Below are positions 1 through 11,931 of a stretch of 64,000 bases of DNA, piece after piece (positions within the stretch are counted from its first letter, which is position 1; each line of letters opens with the position of its first letter). Source of the stretch: Syncephalis fuscata S228. Lineage: Eukaryota; Fungi; Zoopagomycota. The position numbers and the translations under genes are program-made. Location of the stretch: positions 62,001-126,000 of the forward strand of contig JAHLTZ010000009.1 of assembly GCA_025786725.1 (NCBI GenBank), read 5' to 3'. A model generated the notes under the pieces. That model had not been told where the DNA came from. It ran no database searches and saw nothing but the letters and a program-made list of their open reading frames with translations.

Positions 1-1878
1 TGTCAATTATAATATCATGTTCTATAATAATGGCATTTGTTTATGCATTGATGTTATTATTCTTATTTCACTGATGACATTGTTCTATAAATATACTTGT
101 TTTTATTGTTTGTTGTTTGTCATTATTATTACACTCATTGTTCTACTGTTGACATTGTTCTATAATTATATTTGCTTTTATGCTATTACTTTTTATTCTT
201 TATTCTATTCCACCACTTGAACAACTCCCTCATCTGTATTTCAATTTGTTCATAGTCTTTTTATATACAATGCCACTCGATTCATGGATTGTATATATTA
301 AATAATTTATTAATTAAATAAAGATAATATTTTACATTAAACAATTTATTAGTTATTTATTGTGATTTGGAATCAAATGACTATTTTTAACAACATTTGC
401 GTAATTGAACTACACATTTAATCTATTGAACATGAAAACAAGTGGTGAGTGACATCAATCACTAAATACTCATCATTGTAGATTCATTATCTAGTATGCA
501 TATATCCAGTACACATATATACTCTATTCACCTATATCATTACCATTCTATTCCACATTACTATATACCATTATATAATATACTAGACATATTTTATTGT
601 TTATATGCTTCATTACACTCTACTCATTCCACTCATTGCATTATATGCACTATAAATTCAATAACGTTTTATATAATTTTTTACCGTACATTTATCATTT
701 TATATACCATTATATAATCGCCTATCCTCCTCTATCCAAACCTATTTTTGTTTTTGTTCTAGCTGTATTATTAATAAATGTCGACTAATTCCGCTTATTG
801 ATCATGCATATATGCTCAATAACTTTAACATAACTAATCGTCATTTCACGCCATAGATTCTTTACAATTTATATTATTTTATTGTTTAGTATATACGCGC
901 TAGTTATTGCAGTTTTCCTTTTTGTTTTAGCTTTATTATTAAGTTCGACTAATGTCGGTCATCTGCTCATGCATATATGCTTAATAACTTGAACATTGCT
1001 AATCTCGCTTAATATTGCGTATTCATTATAATGTTTATCATCTTATTATATATTGGCTACACGCTGTCTATATTCGTTGTCGATATGGTTCAAATTTTTT
1101 ATTAATAAAATTGACATATTGCATTTTGTTCACTGAGTTATATTGATAGAACAAACAATATAAATATGAACAGAGTTATGTTTTATTAAGATTATTTATA
1201 AATAGATTAGATCATGCTAACTAGATATGGTTTAATGTTAAGCAAAACAAAGTGACAGGTATACATAGTAATAATACATACTGCAATAATATATGCATAT
1301 TGGATAATGAACCTATGATGATGAGTATTTGATGATTGCTGTTATTTATCACTCATCATCATGTTTAATAGGTTAGATATTGTTAAAAATATTCATTGTC
1401 CCCCAAATCATACTAAATGGCTAATAAATTCAATTAAATTATATAATAATGTTAAATGACACACAATATTCTATATAATGATACAGTTTATTTAGTTCAA
1501 TTAACAAATATTAAAATTAAAAGTAAAAAATAAAATGGTACATAGCATATATATATATTAGTGCAACAACACTACCACAATCAAATAAAACAATTGACTA
1601 AATAATTGCTAATATCATTACTAAAGTAGCTAACATGGTTGTAATTGTAGTGAATGTAACTCATTGTAATATGTTAATATTCAATCAATCTTTCTATACA
1701 TGCCCAACAACAATAACAATGATCAATCTTAAATGTTTCAAGTAAATTAAATAGTATGTTACATTCTTTAAATCAATTTATTAACAACATTTTAATGGAA
1801 ACCAATATAATTATATTGCGTATAACAACAGTATAACTTTAATTGTAATAAACTTTGTTTTAAGGGCTCAAAATAGAG
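1..1878. mobile_element. Foldback/MITE-like non-autonomous element, left end outside the window
   Basis: Internal inverted arms at ~340-560 and ~1270-1470. Collinear but inverted with 27502-28396. Ends in AGGGCTCAAAATAGAG (~1863-1878), similar to the terminal repeat of that copy. Confidence 0.5.
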
Positions 1879-2114
1879 GATACAAGCAGAATTTAACTGT
1901 TATCACTATTATTCAATAACTATAGTAATAGCAATAGTATTTTCAAACATAATCCATGATACGTATTACGAGTAAAAAGACACTCTTATAAATACAATGT
2001 ATCTATTTATTTTCTTATTTTTCTATTTCATTCTATTTACATCACAATATATCGGTTTTTTTTACATTACCGATTATATCTGACTACTTGTGCGTAGTTT
2101 TTCTTTATTTTTCG

Positions 2115-2216
2115 TTATCAGCGTGTGCATTTATTATAATTGGCGTGTGCATTTACTATTATCGGCGTGTGTATTTTTTGTCGGAGTGTGTATTTGCTGT
2201 TATCGGAGCATGTATT
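2115..2216 (+). repeat. Degenerate ~20-bp tandem repeat, about 5 units of TTATCGGCGTGTGYATTT
   Basis: Units read directly from the sequence upstream of the ACS-family gene. Confidence 0.7.
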
Positions 2217-2952
2217 AGTTATTTGTGGCAACGATGACACTGGTCAACTATTGTGCCTGCCTTTTTTGTCTATATCACGGTATCTCAGCTGTATTTCACT
2301 TACTTTTGTCCTAATAGCTGCACTCACCAGTATAGTAATAATAATAAATTTTATTGTAATTTCCCAACATATGCCCCAATCCTTTCGTATCAACAATCTA
2401 TTGTGCATAGACTTTTTGCAATGGGGTTCTTTTGTCCTTTGTTCTGACAAGTCGTCCATGGCTTATCCTAATTATGTGGTCATGTGAATAAACCGATAAC
2501 GAGAGATGCGATGTCATGATGCGTATTTTCAATCTCCATTCGTTTTCTCTGCACCTGGCTAGCAATTAAAGGAAGTCAGTGTCAATGAATGATCATTTAA
2601 TACTCAGCTTATTTTTCCAAGTGTAATTTATTAGCCAAAATCTTGACACTCAAAATACCACTACAAATAAAGCACTGGTTGGCGAGTGATCCGCCTATTT
2701 GACATACAACACCTGTATTCCAGCTCTTCCTCTCTATCTCTCACTCTCTATCTTTTTAAGCCTGTGTTCCACCACATTATTACCTGTTTGCACTGCACGT
2801 CACATTGCAGTTCTCAATTGAATTGTCCACAAGTGACGACTATTCTTCTTTATCATCTTCACCATCGTCTATCTTTCACTTCGTGTCCGTGTGATTAACT
2901 GACGTGAAGTGGATCCACATCTACTTGTTCATTTTTATTATTAATTTCTATT

Positions 2953-4989
2953 ATGTCTACCACTAATGACAAAGTTACCGATGCTACAATCTTTTATCCT
3001 GAGTTGCTAGAGCCGACCATTGATGGTGTCAATGCCATTGCCGTGCCCAAAGCACTACAAGATGGTAGCGATGGTTGGCCCAAGGCCCATGTCAGCTCAC
3101 TTAAACAATATCGTGAAATGTGGGAGGAAAGTGTACGCAACCCAGAAGACTTTTGGTCAAAGCTAGCTAAAGAAACACTTCATTGGTACCATCCATTCGA
3201 AGTTGCTACTAGCGGTGGCTTTGAACATGGCGATGTCGCGTGGTTCCGTGGCGGCAAGCTTAACGTATCCTACAACTGTGTGGATCGCCATGCGAATGTC
3301 GACCCAAATCGGGTAGCCATGATTTACGAGCCGGATGAACCAAACCAATCGCGTAAAATCACTTATGGCTGGCTATTCCGTGAAATGAATCGTGTGGCTA
3401 ATTTGCTACTTAGCTATGGCTTACGTAAAGGTGATACTGTGGCCATTTACATGCCTGTAATACCCCAAATAGCTGCAGCTATGCTTGCCTGTGCCCGTAT
3501 TGGCTGTCCACACATCGTTGTATTTGCCGGTTTTAGCGCTGAAGTACTTCGTGGCTGTATTAATAATACCAAATGCCGTGCTGTTTTCACTGTTGATGAA
3601 GGCCGCTATGCCGGTCGTCCTGTCGCTACTAAGCATATAGTTGACCAGGCATTAGCCCATGGCTGTCCATCAGTTGAAAAGGTCGTTGTATTCCAACGCG
3701 GGCCTGAACCAGCCGACATTGTTATGACAGAAGGCCGTGATGAATGGTGGCATACTGCTGTTGACCGCCATCGTGCGTACTGCCCACCTGAATGGATGGA
3801 TGCTGAGGATCCACTATTCTTGTTATACACATCTGGTTCAACGGGCAAGCCAAAAGGTCTCGTTCACACGACGGCCGGCTATTTGTTAAATGCAGCCGTT
3901 ACGACCAAATACATGTTTGACTATCGTCCCGGTGATATTCTCGGATGTACAGTCGATGTCGGTTGGGTTACTGGTCATAGCCATATTGTTTATGGACAAA
4001 TGTGTCTAGGCGGTACTTCAGTTTTATTTGAATCGGATCCGGCTTATCCTAATGCCAGCCGATGCTGGGATTTAATTGCTGAGCATAAAGTTACACACTT
4101 TTACACACCGCCAACAACTATTCGCGCTTTGCGTCGTCTCGGTGACCAATGGTTTGAAGGCAAGGACCTATCATCATTGCGAGTCATCGGCTCTCTTGGT
4201 GAACCAATTAATCCTGAAGCATGGTATTGGTACCATGAGAAGGTTGGCAAGAATCGCTGTGCCGTTATTGATGCTTATGGGCAAACGGAGGGGGGTGGCA
4301 TTTTATTGTCACCCTTGCCTGGTGCCATCGCTGCTAAACCAGGCAGTGCATCTACGCCTTTACTTGGCATAGATCTGGCTATTCTCGATCCAGCCACCGG
4401 TCAAGAGCTTACGGGTAACGATGTTGAAGGCGTGCTAGCTATTAGGCGCCCTTGGCCATCACTTGCGCGTACTGTGTACAATACACATGAACGCTATCTT
4501 AATGAATACATGCGTGTCTATCCTGGCTATTACTTCACTGGCGATGGCTGTTACCGCGATGCCGATGGCTACTACTGGATTCGTGGTCGTGTTGATGACG
4601 TTATCAACGTAAGCGGCCATCGATTGAGTACGGCGGAAATCGAATCGGCTTTGATTCAACATCCAGCAGTTGCTGAAGCAGCCGTTGTTGGTCAAAACGA
4701 CGACATGACCAACCAAGCTATTTGCGCCTTTATCGCAATTAAACCAACGCATAGTGATGTCGCGTTTAAGGAGCTTGCATTACAAGTACGCAAAACAGTT
4801 GCACCATTTGCTGCACCTAAATATTTTCATTTGGTGGCTGATTTGCCTAAAACACGCTCAGGCAAAATTGTCCGCCGTATACTGCGTAAGATTGTTAACG
4901 GTGAAGCTGATAATCTTGGTGATCTAAGCACCATTAGAGATCCAAGTGTCGTTGATGATATCATCAAACTAGTCGCTGAAAACCAGTAG
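2953..4989 (+). CDS. Acetyl-CoA synthetase-family acyl-CoA ligase, intronless, 678 aa
   Basis: Motifs WFRGGKLNVSYNCVDRH, YTSGSTGKPKG, GEPINPEAW, YFTGDG, GRVDDVINVSGHRL and LPKTRSGKIVRR. The acyl pocket is atypical (see findings). Confidence 0.95.
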   Translation: MSTTNDKVTDATIFYPELLEPTIDGVNAIAVPKALQDGSDGWPKAHVSSLKQYREMWEESVRNPEDFWSKLAKETLHWYHPFEVATSGGFEHGDVAWFRGGKLNVSYNCVDRHANVDPNRVAMIYEPDEPNQSRKITYGWLFREMNRVANLLLSYGLRKGDTVAIYMPVIPQIAAAMLACARIGCPHIVVFAGFSAEVLRGCINNTKCRAVFTVDEGRYAGRPVATKHIVDQALAHGCPSVEKVVVFQRGPEPADIVMTEGRDEWWHTAVDRHRAYCPPEWMDAEDPLFLLYTSGSTGKPKGLVHTTAGYLLNAAVTTKYMFDYRPGDILGCTVDVGWVTGHSHIVYGQMCLGGTSVLFESDPAYPNASRCWDLIAEHKVTHFYTPPTTIRALRRLGDQWFEGKDLSSLRVIGSLGEPINPEAWYWYHEKVGKNRCAVIDAYGQTEGGGILLSPLPGAIAAKPGSASTPLLGIDLAILDPATGQELTGNDVEGVLAIRRPWPSLARTVYNTHERYLNEYMRVYPGYYFTGDGCYRDADGYYWIRGRVDDVINVSGHRLSTAEIESALIQHPAVAEAAVVGQNDDMTNQAICAFIAIKPTHSDVAFKELALQVRKTVAPFAAPKYFHLVADLPKTRSGKIVRRILRKIVNGEADNLGDLSTIRDPSVVDDIIKLVAENQ

Positions 4990-5067
4990 ATGAATACTAC
5001 ATTTGAATTCATTTCATTTCATAATAAACTGCTTTTATTTATAATTAATTAACATGCTTAATATCAA

Positions 5068-6423
5068 TGAAAATTTTCGAAAATAGGCTGTTTTCAAATT
5101 TAATTTATTAATTAGATTATTTTTTGCTTATATCAAACTTTGTTTTCTTATAATGACGTTCACTACAGATTAATCACTCTTCATGGCATATTTTTTATGT
5201 AGCTGTTTTATTAGTAGTTTCTATTTACTCTAACAAAAACCTTTATTTCAACATTTTAGTGCTAATCTCTATATAACATATTTTTGTATTGTATTTTTGA
5301 GTTTCATTTGCCACAAGTATATTGTTGAAAGTCTTTTAACAAATAAAATACAATTGGTATTGCTGTTAATATTACTACAATTAACTAAATTACTCAAATA
5401 AACAAAGTTTTAAATTAAATTGTTGCATTTATTGTAATTAGCTTTTTCCCATCAAAGATTTTTAGCTTTGTAACTCTTATTACTCAACAATATTATAAAT
5501 ACATAATACTGTTACTCAAATAATAATAAAAATGACTTTTTATAATCCAATTCATTTAGTTTATTACCAGAATTTATACAATTATGACTTTTGTTATAAA
5601 TATGTTAATTAAGCTATTGTTATAAGTTAAAGTCATTTGATACTAATTATATTTTCCTAAATTGATATTGACACATTTGACTAAGCTACCATCTTTATTT
5701 CTTTTTCTTCTTTGGTCACTTGGTCAATGTTGCATCATTTTATCACTATTGTTGTAACAATGTCATTTTTATTGAATCAAAAGCATATCGAATTTTGTAA
5801 TAAGAAATAATAGCATTTATTGAGCTATCACAATCGTTGATGTATATTAAATAATTAAATCTGTACTTAATGCTTGTACACCTGTTGATTTTACATTTAA
5901 AAATGTAGCTACATCATTTGTAATAAATTATTAATATATTAATAGTATCAGTACCATAATCATATGGACGGCCATTAAAATATTTAATACTGCACTAGGC
6001 AATTTTTAATAGGTTAGTTTTCTGCTTTCTGGCAATTAAAGCAAACTGACATTTATTACTAGAATTGTCTTTATAAAAATAATTAAGATGAATTTTTTTG
6101 AATCAATATTTTTCTTTTAAAATTGCAATTGTTAACAAGTTTAAACTCGTCAACGGCAATCATCAGCTTTTTGATACTGGCAAATATAGGTCCTTTAAAT
6201 AGTCCAGTAAACATTGTGGTAGCTTTTTTAAATTGGTGTATTTTAATAAATAAGATTCAAAAACGGTCTATTTTTATTTATTAGTTTAGTATAATAAATT
6301 AAAAGAGAAATTTATTATGGTAATTTTTATTTTCTTCAAAACAGTATAGTTGGTAAGATAAAATTTAAAAATGATCTATTTTGGTAAATAAAATCAAAAA
6401 GTGGTCTATTTTTGAAAACTCAC
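5068..6423 (-). mobile_element. Decayed Mutator-like (MULE) DNA transposon
   Basis: Imperfect TIRs (TGAAAATTTTCGAAAATAGGC vs revcomp GTGAGTTTTCAAAAATAGACC) and an imperfect 9-bp TSD (TAATATCAA / TAATATACA). Minus-strand remnants from ATG 6214 read MFTGLFKGPIFASIKKLMIAVDEFKLVNNCNFK (MuDR-like), then CQFALIARK and ISYYKIRYA. Confidence 0.65.
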
Positions 6424-6655
6424 TAATATACAACTGATTCTATTTATAATAATTAACATGTTCAATATTAATAACATTTAGAGTAAGAAAGCTTTACTAA
6501 GAGCCGGGAAATCATTAATTGGATTTCTTCATGCACGAAAACAAACACAAATTGGATAACAGGGCGGAATGATATAGATGGTTGGCGCACACACACAGAC
6601 ACGCACACGAATAGAGAAAACGAAATAGAATAATATGCTGATATCGCATGTTGTT

Positions 6656-7467
6656 CTAGTTAACTCGAGACAGTGTAATTTGGTATTCTCCTTCTATATT
6701 TTGTGCCACCCATAATATGGCCGAGCTATATGAATGTCATCGTGTATATAATAAATAAATATATTCATTTTATTGCAACTATACCAATTTTCTTACCTGA
6801 AAATCAATAGACAGCATTGAGCTACAATGCAATAGCCAGCGTAGGCATAGACATCGGCAAATTTGACACAGAGCATTGCCTAAAACGTGCAATTAATATA
6901 ATAATAATAATTTAAACAATATTATATATTTGCATACTTACAATAGATCCAGCTACACCGCTTACCATCACGGTAACACCTATAAATAGCGCAAGACGTG
7001 CACGCCACGCAGAAACGGGATCAAGTAAGTAGCCGTCGCCGGTAAGACGTGCTTGATCGATAGAATTCACACTAGCATAGTAAATAAAAAATTAGTACAC
7101 TTCGTGCTTGCCTTCATGTTATTGCTACTATAGCTTCCACGCCTTTACTTACATAAACATGCCTAGCATAACACAAACACCTGGTGTCCACTCAGCACTC
7201 ATGCTAATATTACGTTGTATTGCTTGAATCGCTCCATCAATAAATAGCCACCAAGCGGCTGCAAACTAGCATGATTGAAATGACAGCATCGCAATGACGT
7301 ATATAAGGTACACAGTCTAATGATCTATTTTGAATACCTACCAAGCCACCTGATAGATAGACGCCACCCTCATGGCGTAAATGGGGCGCGAATGCCGGCA
7401 ATGCCGGTATCGGAAATAGACATAGACGATTTTGGGTCGTGCCCGCACGCCACCCGCCAGCAGACAT
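6656..7467 (-). CDS. VPS68: Vacuolar protein sorting 68 (UPF0220/TMEM50 family), 5 exons
   Basis: Spliced translation GVYLSGGL|FAAAWWLFIDG...EWTPGVCVMLGMF..NSIDQARL...AWRARLALFIG...GVAGSI...SAILWVAQNIEGEY matches the fungal Vps68 pattern. Confidence 0.85.
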
Positions 7468-8032
7468 TGTAAATTGGCTTAGTTAACAAACGATTGGCGT
7501 TTAGGCAAAAGTGACAAGTAGTCAAGGTAACAGTAAAAGGGGTGTAGTAGTAAGCAATAAACAGGCCACTGTATTGAATACACTAATATATAGGACCAGT
7601 GACGGAGTAATAGTGCCGATAAAACGACGTGACTACAGATATACAAGCCAGTGGTAGTGGGACAAGTGTATTTGTCTGTGTATAAGATGACGAACAACAA
7701 ACAAACAAACAAGCAGACTAGCTCACAACCGTTCTTTCTTTACTTAGACAGTCGTGGTGGTGGAGAGGAGAGGCAAATAGTTGTGAAGTAAAAAGAGAAA
7801 AGTGGGGACAATTGTGCGTGCGTGTGTGTGTAGATGATTAATAGTTTTTTTAATTAATTTGAATTTGAATTTATATTCTCATTATGTTATTGGTTCCTTC
7901 AATGCTTCTACACATTGTATTCATTTGCGTCGTATTTTATTTATCTTTTTCTGGTTGGTTAATCAATGAAAAGTGGTGCTTACATCCACACACAGCATAA
8001 TACATCATAGTATAATGTTGTAGTTGACAACA

Positions 8033-9361
8033 CTAAAGCATTTCGCGTTTCTTGGCCGTGCGATGGTATGGACGCAATACCCATTCGACATCGGCATCTG
8101 GTATATCGACGGTGCCCAGACGGATTTCGTAGGCTAAAAGATAATACAATTATAATCAATAAGTATTCTGTTTGTGCAACGGTGCAGTTACTTACGTCGC
8201 ATCTCAAATCGTGGACCAACTTCGGCTAGTTGTACTTCTTTGGGTCCAGATTTGTAGAATACATGATGACTATTACAGTATTGATATTTTAATTAGCAAA
8301 CTATAGTGAATTAAAAGAGTATAAATAGATAAACTTACCGGAATGAAATAAAATCATTTTGATTTGAAAAAGTCATGACACGTTTGCTATCTTCTTTTGG
8401 CACAGGGAATAAATACTTCAAAGAATTGGCTACCTAGTAAGCATTGGCATTAGCATACTGAGCTTATGTTTATAATAGATTCATTGCTTACTCGTTGACC
8501 AAGTTTAGTAGTAAAATTCTCCATAATTAAATGCGGATATGCCTCGGATACAGTGCCACGATCGGCAATATCATGTCGTAGTACAACATTGTAGAGTGTA
8601 TAATAGCAAGTGGGGCCATATGGGAAATGGCACACAATCATACCGTCTAATTAAATAATATAAGTAAAATGCGGTAAAGTGTATAGCTTGAATCTACTTA
8701 CTAGGCTGGCCGCGATGCTCATGGAGAATAACAAGATCGGAAACTTCATTGGAGCGACAAGCATCGACTAAATCTTTCATAACATAGTTACCACGATTAA
8801 TACGCTGTGATCCTGGAATACATAGTCGCATTTCCTATAAACATCGCCTGTTATTGGCTGGCTAATTATAACTTATAGTGAGATGACTTACTTTGGCAAA
8901 CTGTTGTAAACGGCTGCTTGGATCGCGTGAAGTTGTTACTACAACCTTAGGGTCGTGCACTCCAGCATTGGCGTATTCATCGTCCGCATGATTTGTAGGT
9001 GCTAGTTGGTAAATGGCACTTAATATACGTAAATGCATATTCGGCCATAAACTTACCTTCCTGTGCCTCATCAAAAGGTAGTTCTTTGCGTAAACGGGCT
9101 GTTTCGTTGCGTGATTCCGTTGGCAATGCCTTTCCTTCTATTTAAAAAGTATGTCAGAATTGGTACATACTTGCAATCCTCACAGTGTACTTGCCATCAA
9201 GTGCTTCTTTGATTTTCTGTTTACGTTCAAAAATCTGGCCTCTTTGCTCTCTAGTGCTTTGCGATACAAATACTCGCGGCGTAATCGTGTTTGACGGCGG
9301 ATCTAAATAGTAGCAATAGCTAATTAGCAAAGGATCTATACACTGGTAGCTGTTTTACCAT
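8033..9361 (-). CDS. IMP4: U3 snoRNP protein Imp4 (Brix domain), multi-exon
   Basis: ATG-only first exon, then [65 protein letters not shown] and [17 protein letters not shown]. One apparent 1-nt deletion near 9240. Confidence 0.93.
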
Positions 9362-10072
9362 TTTGACTTGAATAATGAAAAGAACACGGAAAAGTTTTTT
9401 CTTTTTTTTTAATGCTTTGTGATTAAATCAATTAAACGTAAATCCAATAAAATCCTTGTTTAAATAATCTTATGATTTGAATTTAATCCATTTACTTTGT
9501 ATGTCACTCAAACGCAGTGATGGAAATTTACCCCATGCAGCGACTATTGTATGCGTCAAATGTGATGCGTCGATTTCAAAGCACGATATGACTAGTACAC
9601 ATAAAAGGATGATAATCCATAAAATATAATCTTTAATTCATTTGTCAGCAATTGATTCCAAATTATAAACGGACAACTGCAATAGCTGTTGTGTGGGTAC
9701 TATCGATAGATTGGTATAGATATTTTTAAATAAAAGTTATTACTATTATAGATAAAGCTAATGCTTGAACATAAACGAATTATCAATCGTAATATCGTTA
9801 CTGCAAGTCAACCATGTGAGGAGCAAAAAAATTCAAGTTTTTACTGCATATCATCAAACTTTTTGTGTCGATGTTCTACCGTACTATACGGCGATAGCTA
9901 TTGAGTTACACTCAGACGCAGCTTCTGGTACAATTACTAAAAATACAGGTTTGGTGCGCATGTGCCTCGTTTGGAAGATGATAAGAAGTACTTGCTGTGT
10001 GCTTTGGTCGCCGTAATATGTATAAGCCTTTTATATATCTATCCTTGTAGCTTTACTTTTAGTATTAGGATT

Positions 10073-11081
10073 ATGTTGGGAAGCAACGCTGGTGCAGAAA
10101 TAGATAAGAATTGGACTAAAAATGCCACGTATTTATGGGGCATTCCACTGCATCCATCGGGCGAAATGGACATAGATGATTTTTTTAAAGTAATGGCAGA
10201 AAGCCCAGGCTCGATACACGATCACCTAAAGGGCATTTGGATGCAACTTGTTGTTCATTTCTTCGTGGGCTGTATTCACGCACGCAATATTAATATCGCG
10301 CTCAGAATGATTATAGTCCAGCCACGGGCAGTCACTAGATGGTGCTGCCTATTACCCTCGCTTGCGGGTGCAGTGCTATCAATCATCTCATTACTATTCT
10401 ATTTTCTTCCAGGAATCAACTGTCGTATATTATGTTGGTACGCTGGACTTGAAATAAGTATTTCAATCATATGCTATAGCACTATTTTGCTTCAGAAAGC
10501 ATACGTAATACTTGATAGACAACGCTGGGTAATTGTAGTTGGCATATTGTTTATCTCTCCACAGGCAGGCATTCCTATTATTGTAATAACATCTACAGTT
10601 ATTATATTAAGCTTTGAATGCGGCTGCGTAATAATCTATCCACCTTACCTGGCCTGGTATTGGTTTGGCATATCATTGCTTGCTAATGTGTTTTTCTCAA
10701 GTATATTCAGCTACACTGCCTATAAGCAATACCGCGTATTTGGATCAGAAACCTGGAAACGTTTGGCCAAAGACGGCATTCAAGCCATGTGTCTTGTTAT
10801 GCTTTGTAATATTGTCTGTAGCGCTATGCTATGCTTTCGTCCACTGGGTGATGCCTCTGAATTTTTTTTCCTTATTGATTGGTAAGTGCCAGCCAATATT
10901 AGTATATCGCTTACTTACGCATCATTATTCTAGTTTAATCAGCTCAGTGATTCTTATTAAAAACTGCCAAGAGATGCACTATGCACTCAGACTATCTAAT
11001 CGTCCGAGAACAGACAAAATGCTGCACATTTCACAAGTGCCATTACCAATCAATAAGGGAGCCTATAATGCAATTACTTAG
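10073..11081 (+). CDS. Multi-pass (about 7TM, GPCR-like) membrane protein of a lineage-expanded family, 2 exons
   Basis: About 7 hydrophobic segments, N-terminal WGIPLHP motif, CxxxYP loop and FGSxxWKRL motif. Intron ~10882-10932. The ORF-track GTG start at 9962 was replaced by ATG 10073. Confidence 0.7.
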
Positions 11082-11931
11082 TTAACCATTAAGAAAGTAC
11101 CGAGACTGATAATGCCGTATTTTTGAGCACATTTCATCAGTGGCCATTATACCAATTATTGTAAATAAAATCAATGGCATTTGTTTAAATTATTTACAGT
11201 ATTGGTTATATATTCACTAACTCCATAAAGGTTTTTAAGCTATTTATTGTTTTTAAAGTAATAGCTCAGCTTATCATTTAATTTACATATTTTATACTCA
11301 ATTATGCAACTGTAAATCAATATGAAACTATCCATCATTACTGCCGAAAAATTAAACTCAATATCAGTAGCTCAATCATATGCCATAGTATCATTACGTT
11401 TTAAAAAATGTACGCAATAATTGCCATATAACACTGTATAATTGTGGTAACATACTGTTTGTTGTTTTACATATAAACATATTCATTCTTTTAGTATTAT
11501 TCGCCACTTGCGTATTAAATATTAAAAATGCCTGCACATTGCTCTAGTAGTTTTAATTATGTATCATTGATTCGTTGTTATAATCGCTATTTATATATTT
11601 TTCAATTATATTCAGTTATGTGGACTATGGCGATAATGCGCGTTTGTATATAAAGTTTCTAGAGTCTTAACCAAAAACTATATTATACTATTTATTTTGC
11701 TATACTGATAATGTTGCTATAAAATAAAGTAGTAACTATAAACACATAAATACGTAAAACTATATGTTAAAAAAGCTAAAATATTTTTTATTAAAAGTAA
11801 AACTAATTAATATGCAGTTAATTATTTTTGTGTATGTAGAAAATAGCAATAATTATTTAATTCATTTGCGTTATTTTAAAGCTAAAATAGCACAGACTTA
11901 ATAATGCTGCAGTTTTATTTTTTTTTGAAAT

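Noticed and set aside
17-2898. Short hydrophobic ORFs at the window start, and similar ones at 15177-15538, 30494-30757, 55197-55442 and 62644-62889
   Set aside because: Ile/Leu/Tyr/Phe-rich translations of AT-rich repeats or non-coding DNA with no recognisable motifs.
2953-4989. Intronless ACS-like and subtilisin genes as bacterial horizontal transfers
   Set aside because: The sequences look fungal in type (e.g. NDVEGVLAIRRPWPS, YPGYYFTGDG). Lack of introns alone is not evidence, and a phylogeny would be needed.
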